A DNA stretch of 63,735 nucleotides from contig NC_068982.1 of NCBI RefSeq assembly GCF_001194135.2, forward strand, positions 31,364,943-31,428,677, in the 5' to 3' direction. Shown here piece after piece: positions 40,523-54,678 of the stretch (positions are counted from its first letter, which is position 1; every line of letters starts with the position of its first letter). Both the position numbers and the translations under genes were made by a program. This DNA is from Octopus bimaculoides (lineage: Eukaryota). The notes beneath the pieces are model-generated. The model saw only the letters and a program-made list of their open reading frames with translations, was not told the DNA's origin and did no database searches.

Positions 40523-40887
40523 TAAGCAGTCTCACGTTTCTTAGATGTTCCCTTATGCAGGTATGAAGGGAAAAGCTCAACCTTTTTTGAGGCAATATTT
40601 CTCAATATTCTGTGCAATATTTCTCAACAAAATCCCGTACGCAGGTGTTCGAAGAACAACAAATTGCAATCAGGTACTATTGAAATATAACCCTAAAAAT
40701 TTTAAATTGAAAGGAGTAATTTTAAACATATTTTGTCAAAAGAAAAAAGATGTGTTCATTGATGGAATGAATTTGCTTTTGATTTTATTGAACCGCAAGT
40801 TAACTCATGAATGGCTGAGAGATCACTTGAAACAGCAATCACTAGATAAATCAACAAAGTGACTAGACCTCATAAGGTGCTTCGGAT

Positions 40888-41244
40888 GGTTCTAGGTGAA
40901 TTCGTCTACATCAATTCGTCTACAGCAATTCGCCTACAACAATTCATCTACAACAATTTATGCGTGTGTGGTTGTATGTGTGGGTATGCATGTATGTATG
41001 TGTGTGTGGTTCTATGTGTGTTGTTGTATGAGTGTGTGGCTATATGCATCTCTGTGTGGCTCTATGTGTGTGGGTGTGTGTGGTCGTATGTGTGTATGTA
41101 TGTGTGGTTGTGTGTGTGTGTGTGTGAGTGTGGTCGTATGTGTGTGTGTGTATGTGTGTGGTTTTAGATGAATTGTTTCCATAGATAAATTGCTGTAGAT
41201 GTATTGTTGCAGAAGAATTGTCGTAGACAAATTCGCCGGACACC
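40888..41244. mobile_element. Non-autonomous DNA element with subterminal ~15-bp tandem repeats (MULE-like by 9-bp TSD)
   Basis: Left end GGTTCTAGGTGAATTCGTCTAC plus CAATTCGTCTAC repeats; right end is the inverse. Flanks GCTTCGGAT / GCTTTCGAT match 7/9. Confidence 0.65.
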
Positions 41245-42324
41245 GCTTTCGATTGCCTTCAGACAGTTCATTGAAGTACAAATTTCAGTCTTCAAACACA
41301 TCATCAGCTATCCACTATTCTATCCCACTCACACAAAATATTTTAATCCCTCTCTTCTCATCTAGAATACAAATTCTCCGTAACCACTGCTACATTTTAT
41401 CTACTATACGAGTATGAAATCTACTATTTGATCTTCTGCTTTAGGTACCTTTTGCTGTTTTATCCCTGAAATTTTTGGAGAAAGTGATAGTTCTGGTCAT
41501 GCTCTGCATGAGGAACGCGTCTCGTGTCTTTGGAAGATTCTTGTTAACAATACTTTACACAAACGGCCTTCATTTACTTTTTTCTAATCATATCATTCCT
41601 GTGTACCGGATTAATAAGAGACACATTGGAAAATGTATTTCTTTACATTTGGAATGTTTTTGAACATAGAACTGCTCACTCAGAGCTTTCTTTGGACTAA
41701 ACTACAACAACGAAGGCTTTTCTATTTATTTTTCATGAGCTCACTCACCAATATAGAGTCACTTCAAAGAAACTTTTGCATCTCCCTTGGCACTATAACA
41801 GATTTGTTTTTCTATGAATTAGCAAATTTCGCATCAATTTTATTCATACACAAAATGCATGTGTTTCCACGCAAAAACCTTTTGCTGGAAATTTTTTTCT
41901 TAATAAATAAAGCCAACTAAATTACTTCTATTAGTTTTCGTCATACACATCGATGTACAAGTCAGACTGAATATCAACAACATCGAACCCATCAGATTCA
42001 GCGGGTGAGCGCAAGACCCTATAGATTAATTACTGGATGTTAAGTTTCTTGTTATTAATCTGAAATAAATGATGCGACCATGTATTAAGTCTGTCTTATT
42101 CGTTAAATTTATTCACTGATCTGTTATAAATATATCTTCATTCGGTAGGTAAGAATTGTTGCCCTTCCTCAACAAAGGAGCCAGGACGAAAGATATCTTT
42201 ATGTAACTCTTGCATACGACACACTTATCTGCCCCCACCCTACTACCATTACAACAATCTCACCAAAACGATACTACGTTAATTAAAAATTGATACTGGT
42301 GAGTCTATAACTTTTATGTATTAT

Positions 42325-42660
42325 CACTCCATTTTGTCACTGAGAACATATCTCGCTTGTTGACAAATGGTGTGTATCAGCTCGCAGCGCCACCTACCTA
42401 GACTGTGAGATGCTAGCATTTCGGAGTAGTTGTCTCCTCTTCGGTCACAGACACTACGCAGATGACGTTACGAGCTGATTGAAGTAATTGACACTCTTAT
42501 GCTTTTCTGGTCACCATACGGTGACTAGTAGCGCTTTCAGTCTAGGTAGATGACGCTGCAAGCATCTCACAGCCTAGGTAGATGGCGCTGCAACCTGATC
42601 TAGGTGTATACACACTATTTGTCAACAAGCGAGATATATTCTCCGCGACAAAGCGTAGTG
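42325..42660. mobile_element. MITE with ~50-bp imperfect TIRs
   Basis: TTTGTCACTGAGAACATATCTCGCTTGTTGACAAA vs TTTGTCAACAAGCGAGATATATTCTCCGCGACAAAG; inner CAGCGCCACCTACCTAG / CTAGGTAGATGGCGCTG. Confidence 0.8.
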
Positions 42661-42974
42661 TGCTGTTTGTTCCCCAGTTCGAACGTGAATCAAACAAATT
42701 CGGACTGATAATAACATTACAATTTTACTTATTACTGCTTAGCCCTCTTCCTCTGTAATATAGTTATAGAAATGTATAAAGGGTTTTCGTTCTTGAAACA
42801 ATATTTAGGTACATATTAGTAAAGAAGCATATAACTGTTTCAAGTAATATTTCAAAGTCATGTTCGATCTTATCAAAAGTGCTTCTGAAATATAGTCCCC
42901 GACTCTGCCACTCTCGGCGGTTTGTGCTTATACTACGTCTTGTTTCTCTCTAGCCTCCACTCTTTGCACAGTTT

Positions 42975-43759
42975 CCAATGTAGCACTTACGCTACCTGGC
43001 CGTGTCGCCACAACTTGTAATCGTTTTGGGCAAGTCTAGGGCATTCGTTCATGATATGGGCAATGGTTTCATCCACTCTATTGCAGATGCGGAGACATTT
43101 ACTCATTCCTTAGGCTGACTCTCCAGTTCGTGGCCAGATCTTGGTCCTGCGCTGCCAGTACAGTGCTCTCGGATTCTTTTTTTAGGGTTCCTTTCATCAG
43201 CCAATCCCACCTATTTTTTCCAGCAACTTATATTGTCCCTACATGGAATTGAATGTAATTCTTCTTCATGTTCTTTTGTACTTCTTCATGTTCTTTCGTA
43301 CTTCTTCCTTTGTTTTCCATTTTTGCTCTGCTCTCAATACTCCCTTGTTCCTAACTGTCACTAGCAAGATTTCCTTACTTTGGACAAGGTATCTCATTAA
43401 AGTCTCGTCTTCGATACGCATGCAGTCTTCCAAACTTATCAACCCCCTTCCTCCATTTGCTCTCTTCATGTATAGGTGATCACTACTTGCATGTGGATGC
43501 TGAACTCCATACATCGCTAGGAGCTTTCTTGACTTCCTTTTCATATTCTTTAGCGAATCCTCTGTCCACCTCAGGATTCCAGCACCATACCGAACTACTG
43601 CGACTGCGCGCGAGTTTATTGCCGAAATTATGTTTCTACCATTCAGCTTTGAAACCAATATTTTTCTCACTTGCTGCAGGTGCTCTCTTTTTGTCTTTTC
43701 CTTCATGTCGTGGCGTTTGATTCCCTCTTCCCCAAGTATTCCCTGGTATTTATTGCTGG

Positions 43760-43760
<1 letters not shown>
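42975..43760 (-). pseudogene. R4/Dong-like non-LTR retrotransposon fragment (post-RT region)
   Basis: SKLNGRNIISAINSRAVAVVRYGAGIL..LYMKRANGGRGLISLED, then WLMKGTLKKESESTVLAAQDQ and IMNECPRLAQK. 5' truncated at a (TAA)n run. Confidence 0.88.
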
Positions 43761-43761
<1 letters not shown>

Positions 43762-43824
<63 letters not shown>

Positions 43825-43915
43825 CATCATCATTGTTGGTTTTGTTGTTTTTGTCTTTGTTGTTTTTGTTTTTGTTGTTGTTGTTGCTACTGCTGCTGTT
43901 GTTGTTGTTATGTGG
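43762..43915. repeat. (TTA)n plus (TGT)/(TGC)n trinucleotide array
   Basis: Directly visible. Confidence 0.95.
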
Positions 43916-44169
43916 TTAATATCATTGTTATCATTTATTATTTATGCTGTTATAATTAAGTTTATATAAAAAGAACAAGTTTGTAGAAATATGACACCCG
44001 TAATGTTAAACAACTTTCTCTTCCTAACAACTCGTTTTATTATTTAAAAAGTTATATTTATATGACAAAACTATGTATTAGATAGGATAATAACTTTCTG
44101 ATTTAAGATTAAGGAATGATATAAGAATAAGGTACTGAAATCCCCATATTTTTTTCTTTTCTTTCACTT

Positions 44170-44372
44170 AGTTCACTGTCGCACCAACATGGGATTTTTG
44201 TCGAATGAATCGCCCTCATTATTTTTGTTAAGCCTGGTATTTATTCCATCGAGTTTTTCTTTACCGAACTGTTCAGTCACAGGGGTGGTAGTAAACACAC
44301 CAAAAGCAGTTGTGAAACGATGGTGAAGAACAAATAAATATATAGTCTCATACATACACATAGGTAGATAAG

Positions 44373-44437
<65 letters not shown>

Positions 44438-44680
44438 CGATAGATAGATGGATAGACAGATAAGCAAGCAGTCAGACAGACATACATACATACATACAGA
44501 CAGACAGACAAACATAGATATGTGACGGGCTTCTTTCAATATTTTCTTGTACAAAATCCACTCAGAAGGTTTTTGTCGCCCCGAGGCACTAGTAGAAGGC
44601 ACCTGTCCAAGATGCAATATGGTGGGACAGAACCTGAAACCGTTTGGTTGAGATGCGAACTTAGCATTCAGCCATGCCTA
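44170..44680 (-). mobile_element. Diverged SINE family B with expanded internal (GATA)n
   Basis: 3' part at 44170-44340, (GATA)n at 44365-44460, head part GACGGGCTTCTTTC...ATCCACTCAGAAGG...GACAGAACCTGAAACC at 44520-44680. Confidence 0.75.
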
Positions 44681-45341
44681 ATTCATGATCGTTAAGGCAA
44701 TAATCAACATTCTTACGTAAGAAACATTAAATTTGTTATTTTAGTTAATGTTACAAAACTGGGAACTTTACATAGGCCAACAAAAGAATCATGTGTAATA
44801 TATTCACTACAGGTTGTTCTTTTCTACAGTGTTGGAGCAATAATCATGCTGTCTTCGCAACATGTTAATATCTGATATAAACTAGTAATATAACATGAAA
44901 TTACCGTTTGTAATGAGTGCTTGACTAATTGCTTTCCTTCTAATTTGGTGCATCTATTTTATCTCTCAGGAAATAACTATAGCCGAATTATTTCGCAAAT
45001 TGTATTCTTTCTCAGTAACGAGTTTTTTGTAGCCATTAAAAAAAAAAACAACAAACAAAGAAATAATTCCTGATGTAGTTACAATATTCCATACATTTTT
45101 TAGTCACTAACAAAGATTTTGACTTCATGTGTTGTATAATTGCAAGTAAGCCTGATGCAGCCAATTTGTTTGTAAGATTCATTTCGCGACGAGAAATGAA
45201 AGGCTCATATGACTTATGCTTTAGAACAAAAATATCTGTATATAATCGAATATTTGTACTTGTAATAATTATTTCTGCTATAGATACGAGATTTGAAATT
45301 TGAAGAGGGTGGGGTATTAGTCTACCTGCTCACTATCATCC

Positions 45342-45731
45342 ATATGTTATGTTGGCACTCCGTCGCTTACGAGGTCGAGGGTTCCAGTTGATCCCATCAA
45401 CGGAACAGCCTGCTCGTGAAATTAACGTGCAAGTGGCTGAGCACTCCACAGACACGTGTACCCTTAACGTAGTTCTCGGGGATATTCAGCGTGACACAGT
45501 GTGACAAGGCTGACCCTTTGAATTACAGGCACAACAGAAACAGGAAATAAGAGTGAGAGAAAGTTGTTGTGAAAGAGTACAGCAGGGTTCGCCATCATCC
45601 CCTGCCAGAGCCTCGTAGAACTTTAGGTGTTTTTACTCAATAAACACTCACAACGCCCGGTCTGGGAATCGAAACTGCGATCCTATGACCACGAGTTCGC
45701 TGCCCTAACCACTGGGCCATTGCGTCTCCAC
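45342..45731 (-). mobile_element. tRNA-derived SINE, family C
   Basis: Minus-strand head GTGGAGACGCAATGGCCCAGTGGTTAGGGCAGC with A-box TGGCCCAGTGG and B-box-like GTTTCGATTCC; ~390-bp body. Confidence 0.8.
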
Positions 45732-45892
45732 TGTCTTCCATAAACTTGTAATAATAACAGAATTTATATTTCCAGACTAATGTTTTTAGGAAATAATACT
45801 AATTTTACAATAATCGCTTGAGCTATCATTTAACTTGTATGAGTTCAAACATTATTCGATCAAGGGAATATGTTAAGTCCTGTATATTACTT

Positions 45893-46268
45893 TACGAAAG
45901 TGCCTTGAAAAGTTCATAATCTTACTAAGATACTCTCAAGGAGTGTAACCAAACGTAGTTTATTCTTCAACATAATTCCCTTTAATGTCTACAGATTCCT
46001 TCGTTTGTTGTAGCAGGGTTTGGATCCCATTGGTGACGAAACTTTCATTCTGTTGGTCAAAAATTCCTCAACAGCTGATATGACGTCATTATCACTGTAA
46101 TGCTGTTTCCCAACCAAATGCTTTCTATGTCAGGGAATAGTTGATAGTCAGATGTGAGATTTGATAAGGAGAATAGGGAGGGTGATCAACAAGTTCAAAT
46201 CACTGTCAGGCGCAGCAGTCATCGAAACCAAGGACTTGTTTGCTGGAGCATTGTCTTGATGAAACAAG
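45893..46268 (-). mobile_element. 3' fragment of a second mariner lineage
   Basis: LFHQDNAPANKSLVSM, remnants of the PYSPDL-PSDY region, DDVIS and a terminal TACGAAAG TIR-like end. Confidence 0.8.
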
Positions 46269-47759
46269 ATTCGTCTGTTAACATAACTGCATAATTTTGC
46301 GTTTCTCATTTCAGGATATAAAAACCATAATCAGAATAATGTAGGTAAATAAAACAAGTATCACAGACAAATTTCTCTAGTTAACTAATGGAATCGAAAC
46401 TGAAAATAGAAATATCTTGCTATGACGGAATTTAATTTATACCTTAAAATATAAATTTGGATATGACAGATACTAAGCAAAAACAAGTAAGAGTAAATCG
46501 CTGACTATAAATATTTCCTTCTATATGGTTTGATAATTTCAACAATATAGTTGGTTATATTTTACTTGTTACAACTTTCCATTATACATAATACCATGTT
46601 TTTTTCTTTATTTTGCTACTGGTTGTAGTCATTAGAGCGCTATATTATGAAGTGTCTCAGTTAAGGGAACAATTAAGTATTGATTCAATATTTATTTCAG
46701 ATTATTTATTTTATACAGGCATAGTATTTGAAATACCAGTTTACTATTTTTGACACCACATCGTTAAAACTTTTTGACACTGCATAGTCAAGACTTTTTG
46801 AGAAAAACAGAGACGGACGTTGCCATGCAAGCATATGCACATCTATATATGGCTGCACACAATATTCGTGCTCCCACTAACACTCACAAGGATAACGGAA
46901 TAATTCCATCCAGTATCTAGACAATGAGATCGAACTTGGATTCAATTGGTTGAGCACAAAGGGAAATACTTAGCTGCATGTGTATGGACCTTTATAAGCA
47001 CACACGCACACACAGACACGCACGCGCGCACACACTCACTCACACACATACACACACACACGTGCGCGCACACAGACAGAGGCAGGCGCACACACACAAC
47101 AGAAATATAAGCATATAATATATGTATGTGCGTTTATGTGTTTTTTGCTTTCGTGTTAGTGTATATAATGGTCTTTGATATTGCTTCCTTTTCTATTTTA
47201 TTGTCCGTCCATTCTTTGGATTTTATTCCCTTCTTCAGTCAATTTATCTCGGAAATTATTTGCAGATGTGGATGTTTTCGTGAAATATTTATATCTAGAG
47301 TAATTTTAGACGTATGCTTTCCATAATTCACTGAATAAATTCTTCAAACACCTTCAAACAGGTAACAGTAAACAATCTTTATGCATATATGTAGAGATTA
47401 CAATGTGTGTGTCTTTTTTATGTTCTTGCTTCCATTCTTCATTTCTTTATAACTGTCTTTTTCGCTTTTATTCCCCGTTTTATGCAGGCAGAATAATATG
47501 AATAAAAGATTTTAGTGCTAATATTTAAACTCCAAATTTCCCATTTCCTGCCATGAAGTCCTAATCTCAACAATTATCCTTCTTCAGAAATTTTCTAGAA
47601 TTTTCTAATCTGCTTTTTTCCCTGTTTTTTTTTCTTTGTTTTTTTTTTTCTTTGTTTTTTTTTTGTTTTTGTTTTACTTTGTCCCATAATAATCTTTTAT
47701 TTTTATCAATACTCTATCTTAGCAGTTAACGTTCTTCGAAATTATATATATATATATAC

Positions 47760-47792
<33 letters not shown>

Positions 47793-48310
47793 CATGTTTT
47801 ATATATANNNNNNNNNNNNNNNNNNNNNNNNNNNNNNNNNNNNNNNNNNNNNNNNNNNNNNNNNNNNNNNNNNNNNNNNNNNNNNNNNNNNNNNNNNNNN
47901 NNNNNNNNNNNNNNNNNNNNNNNNNNNNNNNNNNNNNNNNNNNNNNNNNNNNNNNNNNNNNNNNNNNNNNNNNNNNNNNNNNNNNNNNNNNNNNNNNNNN
48001 NNNNNNNNNNNNNNNNNNNNNNNNNNNNNNNNNNNNNNNNNNNNNNNNNNNNNNNNNNNNNNNNNNNNNNNNNNNNNNNNNNNNNNNNNNNNNNNNNNNN
48101 NNNNNNNNNNNNNNNNNNNNNNNNNNNNNNNNNNNNNNNNNNNNNNNNNNNNNNNNNNNNNNNNNNNNNNNNNNNNNNNNNNNNNNNNNNNNNNNNNNNN
48201 NNNNNNNNNNNNNNNNNNNNNNNNNNNNNNNNNNNNNNNNNNNNNNNNNNNNNNNNNNNNNNNNNNNNNNNNNNNNNNNNNNNNNNNNNNNNNNNNNNNN
48301 NNNNNNNNNN

Positions 48311-48349
<39 letters not shown>

Positions 48350-48631
48350 CACTACTGTATGTGTGTGAAGGATTCAATGCAAGAGAACATGAGTGGATAC
48401 ATGTAAGTTTAGCTAAGCAGCAAACATGATTAAATATCATGTTTTGTGTTTCATTAATATCCGGCCAATGATATTTTAATAACAACACCACAACCACCAC
48501 CTTCATCACTACTAGCGCTAGCAACACCTCCACCACCACCACCAACAACAAAAACAACGACAGTAATAACAACAACACCGACAACAAAGCAACAAAAAAC
48601 AACTGCAACAACAACAACAATAATAATAATG

Positions 48632-48691
<60 letters not shown>

Positions 48692-48993
48692 GTTTAACAG
48701 TTTTGATTCAAAATTTATTTCCTTCAAAAAATCTCAAACCTGAAAATAATGGAATGGTTAGAAATCGTGACACAGATTACTGCTGCTATGGAAGTGAAGA
48801 ATTTCCCACAATTTTAAGATTCTGTCCAAATGACCATACGAGTAGAGTACCAAACATTGATACATGTATCAAATATGCAGTATCGCTCAGATGAACTGAT
48901 TTTTCCTTTGTATGGTAGTTGTATGTATGTATGTATCTAACTGGTCAAGTACTTGGATCAATATTATCCTATATTATCGTATAAAGATATGAA

Positions 48994-49385
<392 letters not shown>

Positions 49386-52369
49386 CTAATATTGACTTGT
49401 TTTTGTTTTAACACATTCAGTTATAATTTCTATCATATTTTCTGGCTGTCGTCAGAGACTCGGATCAAAATAATTTCTGAAATAGTTTGTCTTTTTATCG
49501 TTTAGGTAGGAGGAAAGCAATGTCCATGATACCACACTTGACTCGTTGGCTGCCAGGTGGTGCTGTTAGACCATGAGATGTATTAAATGAACCACACGAT
49601 TAGGTTGTGAAAGGATATGAACTCAGAAGGCCAAGGGAAGGAACAAACATAGTAAGATGTATGGTCCTCCACTTTATTCAAGTCCGGCAATCTATTGATC
49701 TTTTGTGGTACGTTTTTAAAACCTCCGATAGAGGGAAGGCCAAACTTTGACCTTGATAGTATCTGAGTTTAAAGCCCAAACAATCGGAACAAATTTTGTA
49801 TGAACTTCTACCCAACAATCTAACAGCTCTGTCAAATTTTCCACCCAAATGGATGAAATAATAAACGTAAGACAGGACAGAATTGAGTTTTATTTTGGGT
49901 CAAATATAATTTTAGCTCTAGCTGGGACTTGAAGAAATGAGAAAAAGCTAAAGAAAGTTGCGTCAAACTAACCAAAGCCTTTATTCAGTGAAAGAGGCAC
50001 TATTGCCTCAATCGTATTTCAATTTATGAATGCAGTTCTTTCTACTACTTGAAAGTATTTATTTCTGAGGTGGTAAACTATTTTACAAAATCTTCAGCCA
50101 GTAAAACGTGCATTTCTGCTGTTTGTAAGGTAAACAAATTTTCCAATTCGTGATATAATGAAACACAAATGTAAAATTAAATGATATCAAGACAGCGTTA
50201 TCATCAATAAAAATAATTCAACGAAACTTATAATTTACCTCTTATATACGATACATATATAACAGTAAAAGTTTTATACACACTCACATATACAGAAATA
50301 AGTACGTTATTAGCTTAATTTATTACACGGCAAGCATCCATCTTTCTAGGTTCTGAATGAAAATAATACTTGAATGTTCTCAATATATTAGCGTAGATTA
50401 GCTTACAAAATATTTTTCATGAAATACTTGTGGTCATTTGATAGGCTATGATTTCTTTGTAGCATCTTATAAATAATTTATAATTTGCGTTTAGAATTTT
50501 CTTTCTAAGAAATTAAAAGCTGATAGTTCGTAGAAGTCGATATGCTCATCCACTGACTCCTAGGGATATTAACGACAGTTGAAAGCTTCTATTGACAAAG
50601 AAGTTAGAGATTGAAGAATATTCTGTTCGAATTTTAATCAATGTCTGTTCCTCAAGTATTTGCAAATGTCATCGAGTGATTTACACTGACAACCCTATAG
50701 GTTATTATAAATTCTGGTTTTCTACGATAGTCATTTTATTTCCGGATATCGGCTATGGTTAACAGCTCAGATTGCATAGATTTCCTAGCTATTCTTTAGG
50801 AATCCTTATAGTTTACTGTGTCAACAATAATACTGAAAATCCTTTTGGGAGTCAACATACATAATTGAACTGAGCATTAAGTTTACTATTTTGGACTTTA
50901 TTTCCCACTTATAGTGCTTCAATTGTAATTATCCAATGTAACCTAATGCAATGACTTTATCTTCTTGCTTAAAACTTTGCCGCACGTCTAGAGTTGCTTT
51001 GAAGTGGTGTACATTCTTTCAATGCATTTTCTTTCTCTTTTCGATTCCCCGAGGACCCTTTTATTTCATAATCATTTTATTTCTTCTTGTAATTGCGTTA
51101 TTCTTCTCATAGTAATTATGCTATTATAATGCAATACTTACACTTAGCAAATTCCATTCAAGTTGACTGGTCTGCAGTTCAGCTTATCTTCATGCTTAAT
51201 TCACAATATCTATTTGGTAAAGGTCAATTACCTTTACTGGCCACTTCAATTTTAGATTACAACAACGTGACAATAATAACGGCCGTAGTATAATAACAAA
51301 GAAGTATAAAGATGGAATTTTCAATGAAATAAGGAGCAAAATATTGAAAGTGAAAGTATAATGTGAAGTAGATAATATGAAATGAAAGTTATGCAAACAT
51401 TAGATTCATATCAAAATATCAGTAGAAAATGTCTAAATGAAAATTAAGATATACTTCATATGGATTGAACCAAATGAAATTATATTTATATCGAATAAGA
51501 TTAAAGGAAGAAGAATGATGTAATGAATGGAAACCGTGCAACTGTTATAAATGTAAACTACTCATGTTTAGTTAATATTTATATAAATGTATTCTTATCT
51601 AAAAGCTTATGACTAACTCCACACAACTAACAGACATTGAATTCATTATTCGATAACTCTCTAAACTTAAAATTAAAGCTAAGACGTATTATTCGATAAA
51701 ATGGGAATATATTACTTTTTTTTTAAAAACTAGATAAATGTAGATTTGCCATGAAAAATTTAGAATTTCTTTTGTTAAATAACACATTGGATGATGTCGA
51801 TATAATAAACGTATTTATTATTACCATAAGCAACGAAAAGGAATTTAAAGCATGGAGATTTGAACAGAGAAACTGGAAGCACACGGCTAAATAAAGGAAG
51901 ACATTTAACTAGATTTCTCTGTCTTGTTTTCAATTTTAAGACTTTCAGTTTCACTTTGTTAACATTGGTAAATACTGAAGTGTGTTCGATTATGAATGAG
52001 TAAGTGTATCTAGGGTAAGATGAATCTAAATTGAGAAAAGAACATGATCTCTGCATTGAAAATAATTTTAAAAAAACATTTCTAATTTAAATTGCCACTA
52101 TTTATTAAAAAGTAATTTATCATAATGATAGAAATTTAGATAAATTTAACAGTTAAGTTATTACAGTGATGCAGTTTATTGTGAAGTATGGAACACAAAC
52201 TACCAACACTTCTGATCACAACTCTTTATTTTATCAACATTTTGCTGTAACACTCAAAGACATCGAGGAAAATATTTCAAAGTTGGTTAGGGCTACTTTT
52301 AAGAACCTAGCGTATCGTCTTCAAAATCAATTGGTGGGAGTTTTCTCCTGACCCATTCTTATCAGATCC

Positions 52370-52510
52370 AAGCGAGTTCGTGTGCATCAGTTCGTCAAAA
52401 GACACCGATCGCATAAGTAATAGGCTTACAAAGAATAAGTCCTGGGGTTGATTTGTTTGACTCAACGCTGTATTCAAGCATAGCCGCAGTCAAGTGACTG
52501 AAACAAAGTG
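52370..52510 (+). mobile_element. SINE family B, 3' end
   Basis: TAGGCTTACAAAGAATAAGTCCTGGGG...GCCGCAGTCAAGTGACTGAAACAA. Confidence 0.85.
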
Positions 52511-53239
52511 TAGAAGAGTAGAAAAATGCATATATGGGTACAGGTCGCCACCGACGTTTCACACAACATGAAATACGTAAACAAACGTGCTAAATACGTA
52601 AACAAGGAGAAAACACAGAGAAAAGATACTTCGTCAGTTGGTGCTGTCTACCTATTCCTCATATAGAACATTCAACGACAATATGAGCCTTCAAAGACAG
52701 CTGCTCCCATAGATTTTAAAATAAAATTTAGGATTTATGGAGGGTTAAATTTGCGAACAAAATCATGATGATGGAGACGTACAAAGAAACCGAACGAAAA
52801 GAAATATCGAAGGTCGAATAGTGATCGCTTTGAAAATAGTGATCGTTGTGAAAAAGATTTTTTCAAACGAAAAAAAAATAGAAGATAGAGAGAAAAAGAA
52901 ACGTCCCCTCTTTTCCCTTATTTTCAACGTCTATGCAAGAAAAGCAAGTTGATCACTAGAGGGAAAGAAAGATGGACGATGGTCACGTGTGAGCAACGAA
53001 AGAGAGAGAGAAAGAGAAAGAGAAAGAGAAAGAGGAAAGAGACAGTTAGAAAACGGTAAAGGAAGGAGGGGTGAAAAGGGAAGGGAATTAGAGACGGATG
53101 AAGGAAGAAAACAGTAAAGAGAGGTGGATCGCATCAAAAAAGTGAAGATGAATTTACTTGGAAATGGATGCGTGGCGTTCAATTAAATACTAAATAATAT
53201 ATATATCACTTCAACTGGAAGGTACTTATATTCAGATAA

Positions 53240-53242
<3 letters not shown>

Positions 53243-53284
<42 letters not shown>

Positions 53285-53305
53285 GTCTATCTATCTATCT
53301 ATCTC

Positions 53306-53360
<55 letters not shown>
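53243..53360. repeat. (TATC)n microsatellite
   Basis: Directly visible. Confidence 0.97.
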
Positions 53361-53364
<4 letters not shown>

Positions 53365-53584
53365 CTCCACATGGACGGACGCTAGACAAATCGGCTCCCA
53401 TGTAAGTTGCATTTTTCACCTCTTAAAAGACCTATTTTGTTTTTAAATTTGGTATCAGTTGTGTATAACACAAAATACTTCGTGAACATATATTTTTCAA
53501 ATCGGAAATAGCTCTATTTAGAGCCTTATTTCCAAAAATTTAAAAACATCTTCCTCAATCCTAGCCATATTCTGTAAAGCAAAT

Positions 53585-53813
53585 ATGGTTAAGGTTTTCA
53601 ACGAGGCCGATTTCCCGCCCCTAATGCCAGAGGCGAAAAAACTTAATGCCGTTCCGCATGAACGCAGACAGGTGATGGAGAAGAGCAATGATTCTGAGTC
53701 TACTGCTGGTGCCTCAACCACCACCACTACCACCATCACGTGTAAAAACTCTGCTGCTACAGCAGTCTTGCCTGCCACCGTCACCAGTGACAACAACAAC
53801 AACAACGACAAAG

Positions 53814-53859
<46 letters not shown>

Positions 53860-54678
53860 CGACAGCAACAACAACAGGACACCGGCCTTCAACACCAACA
53901 CCATCACTACTTCGACAAACTCTGCTGCCACTACCACCACCTTTGAACCTGGCAGTACCAACACCACCGTCAACACCACCATCAACAACTAGAAGACGAA
54001 CAAGATAAACAACACCACAAACGCCACAAACAACATATCTGCCAGCATCACAAAAACAAATTTTGCCGATGCAACGAAAGAAAAAAGTATCCGGCGTTAT
54101 CATCGATATCGATGGGATGAACGGCCCCCACCATATGTTACCACCAGCCACATACGCATTAACGCCGGTAGCTACATCACCAACCATATGACCAGAAACA
54201 ATAACCATGACGATAACACCACTGGAACGTTGCGCCATATAGACAGCGTCAGCAACGGTGTCACTAACAGCATCCTCAAGCCCGGAGCCTACCAAAAATA
54301 TACCAGGAGTGCGAATATAGTCACATCCTAAGTGTGTAAATATACCGGATCGGCCAGTAATCTTTCAAAGGTCGCTTGCGCAATCAACAGTCATCCTTCA
54401 GAGTCCCAGAAAGGCAGTTTGTCACGTCCCTGGCCCGCCGTGTGTGGCACCTCAAAGACAAACGGACTACATGTGACAGCAGGTGGAAATTAATGGATCA
54501 TCTAGGCCCATATATTAATGGGAATAGCAATTGCAAAATCTGCATCGCGGAGAGGGCCAAAATTCTTAAGGACTATACTAAACATGTTGCGTTAAATAGT
54601 CGTAAAGAAGTTTTCTCTAAATGTGTCCACTTTGAGCGCTGCCTATTGGAAAATTATATCTCGCCATTTGCTGGTTAG
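53585..54678 (+). pseudogene. Disrupted PLE-type ORF: low-complexity N-terminus joined to GIY-YIG endonuclease, no RT
   Basis: One frame from ATG 53585 through TAG 53990 and TAA 54329 to KYTGSAS, then a frameshift into SFKGR..SSFR..LARRVWHLK..WKLM..CKICIAE..LNSRKE..KCVH, the PLE GIY-YIG C-terminal pattern. Confidence 0.8.

Noticed and set aside
40890-40960. CRISPR-like array
   Set aside because: Repeats are adjacent 15-mers without unique spacers, in eukaryotic DNA.
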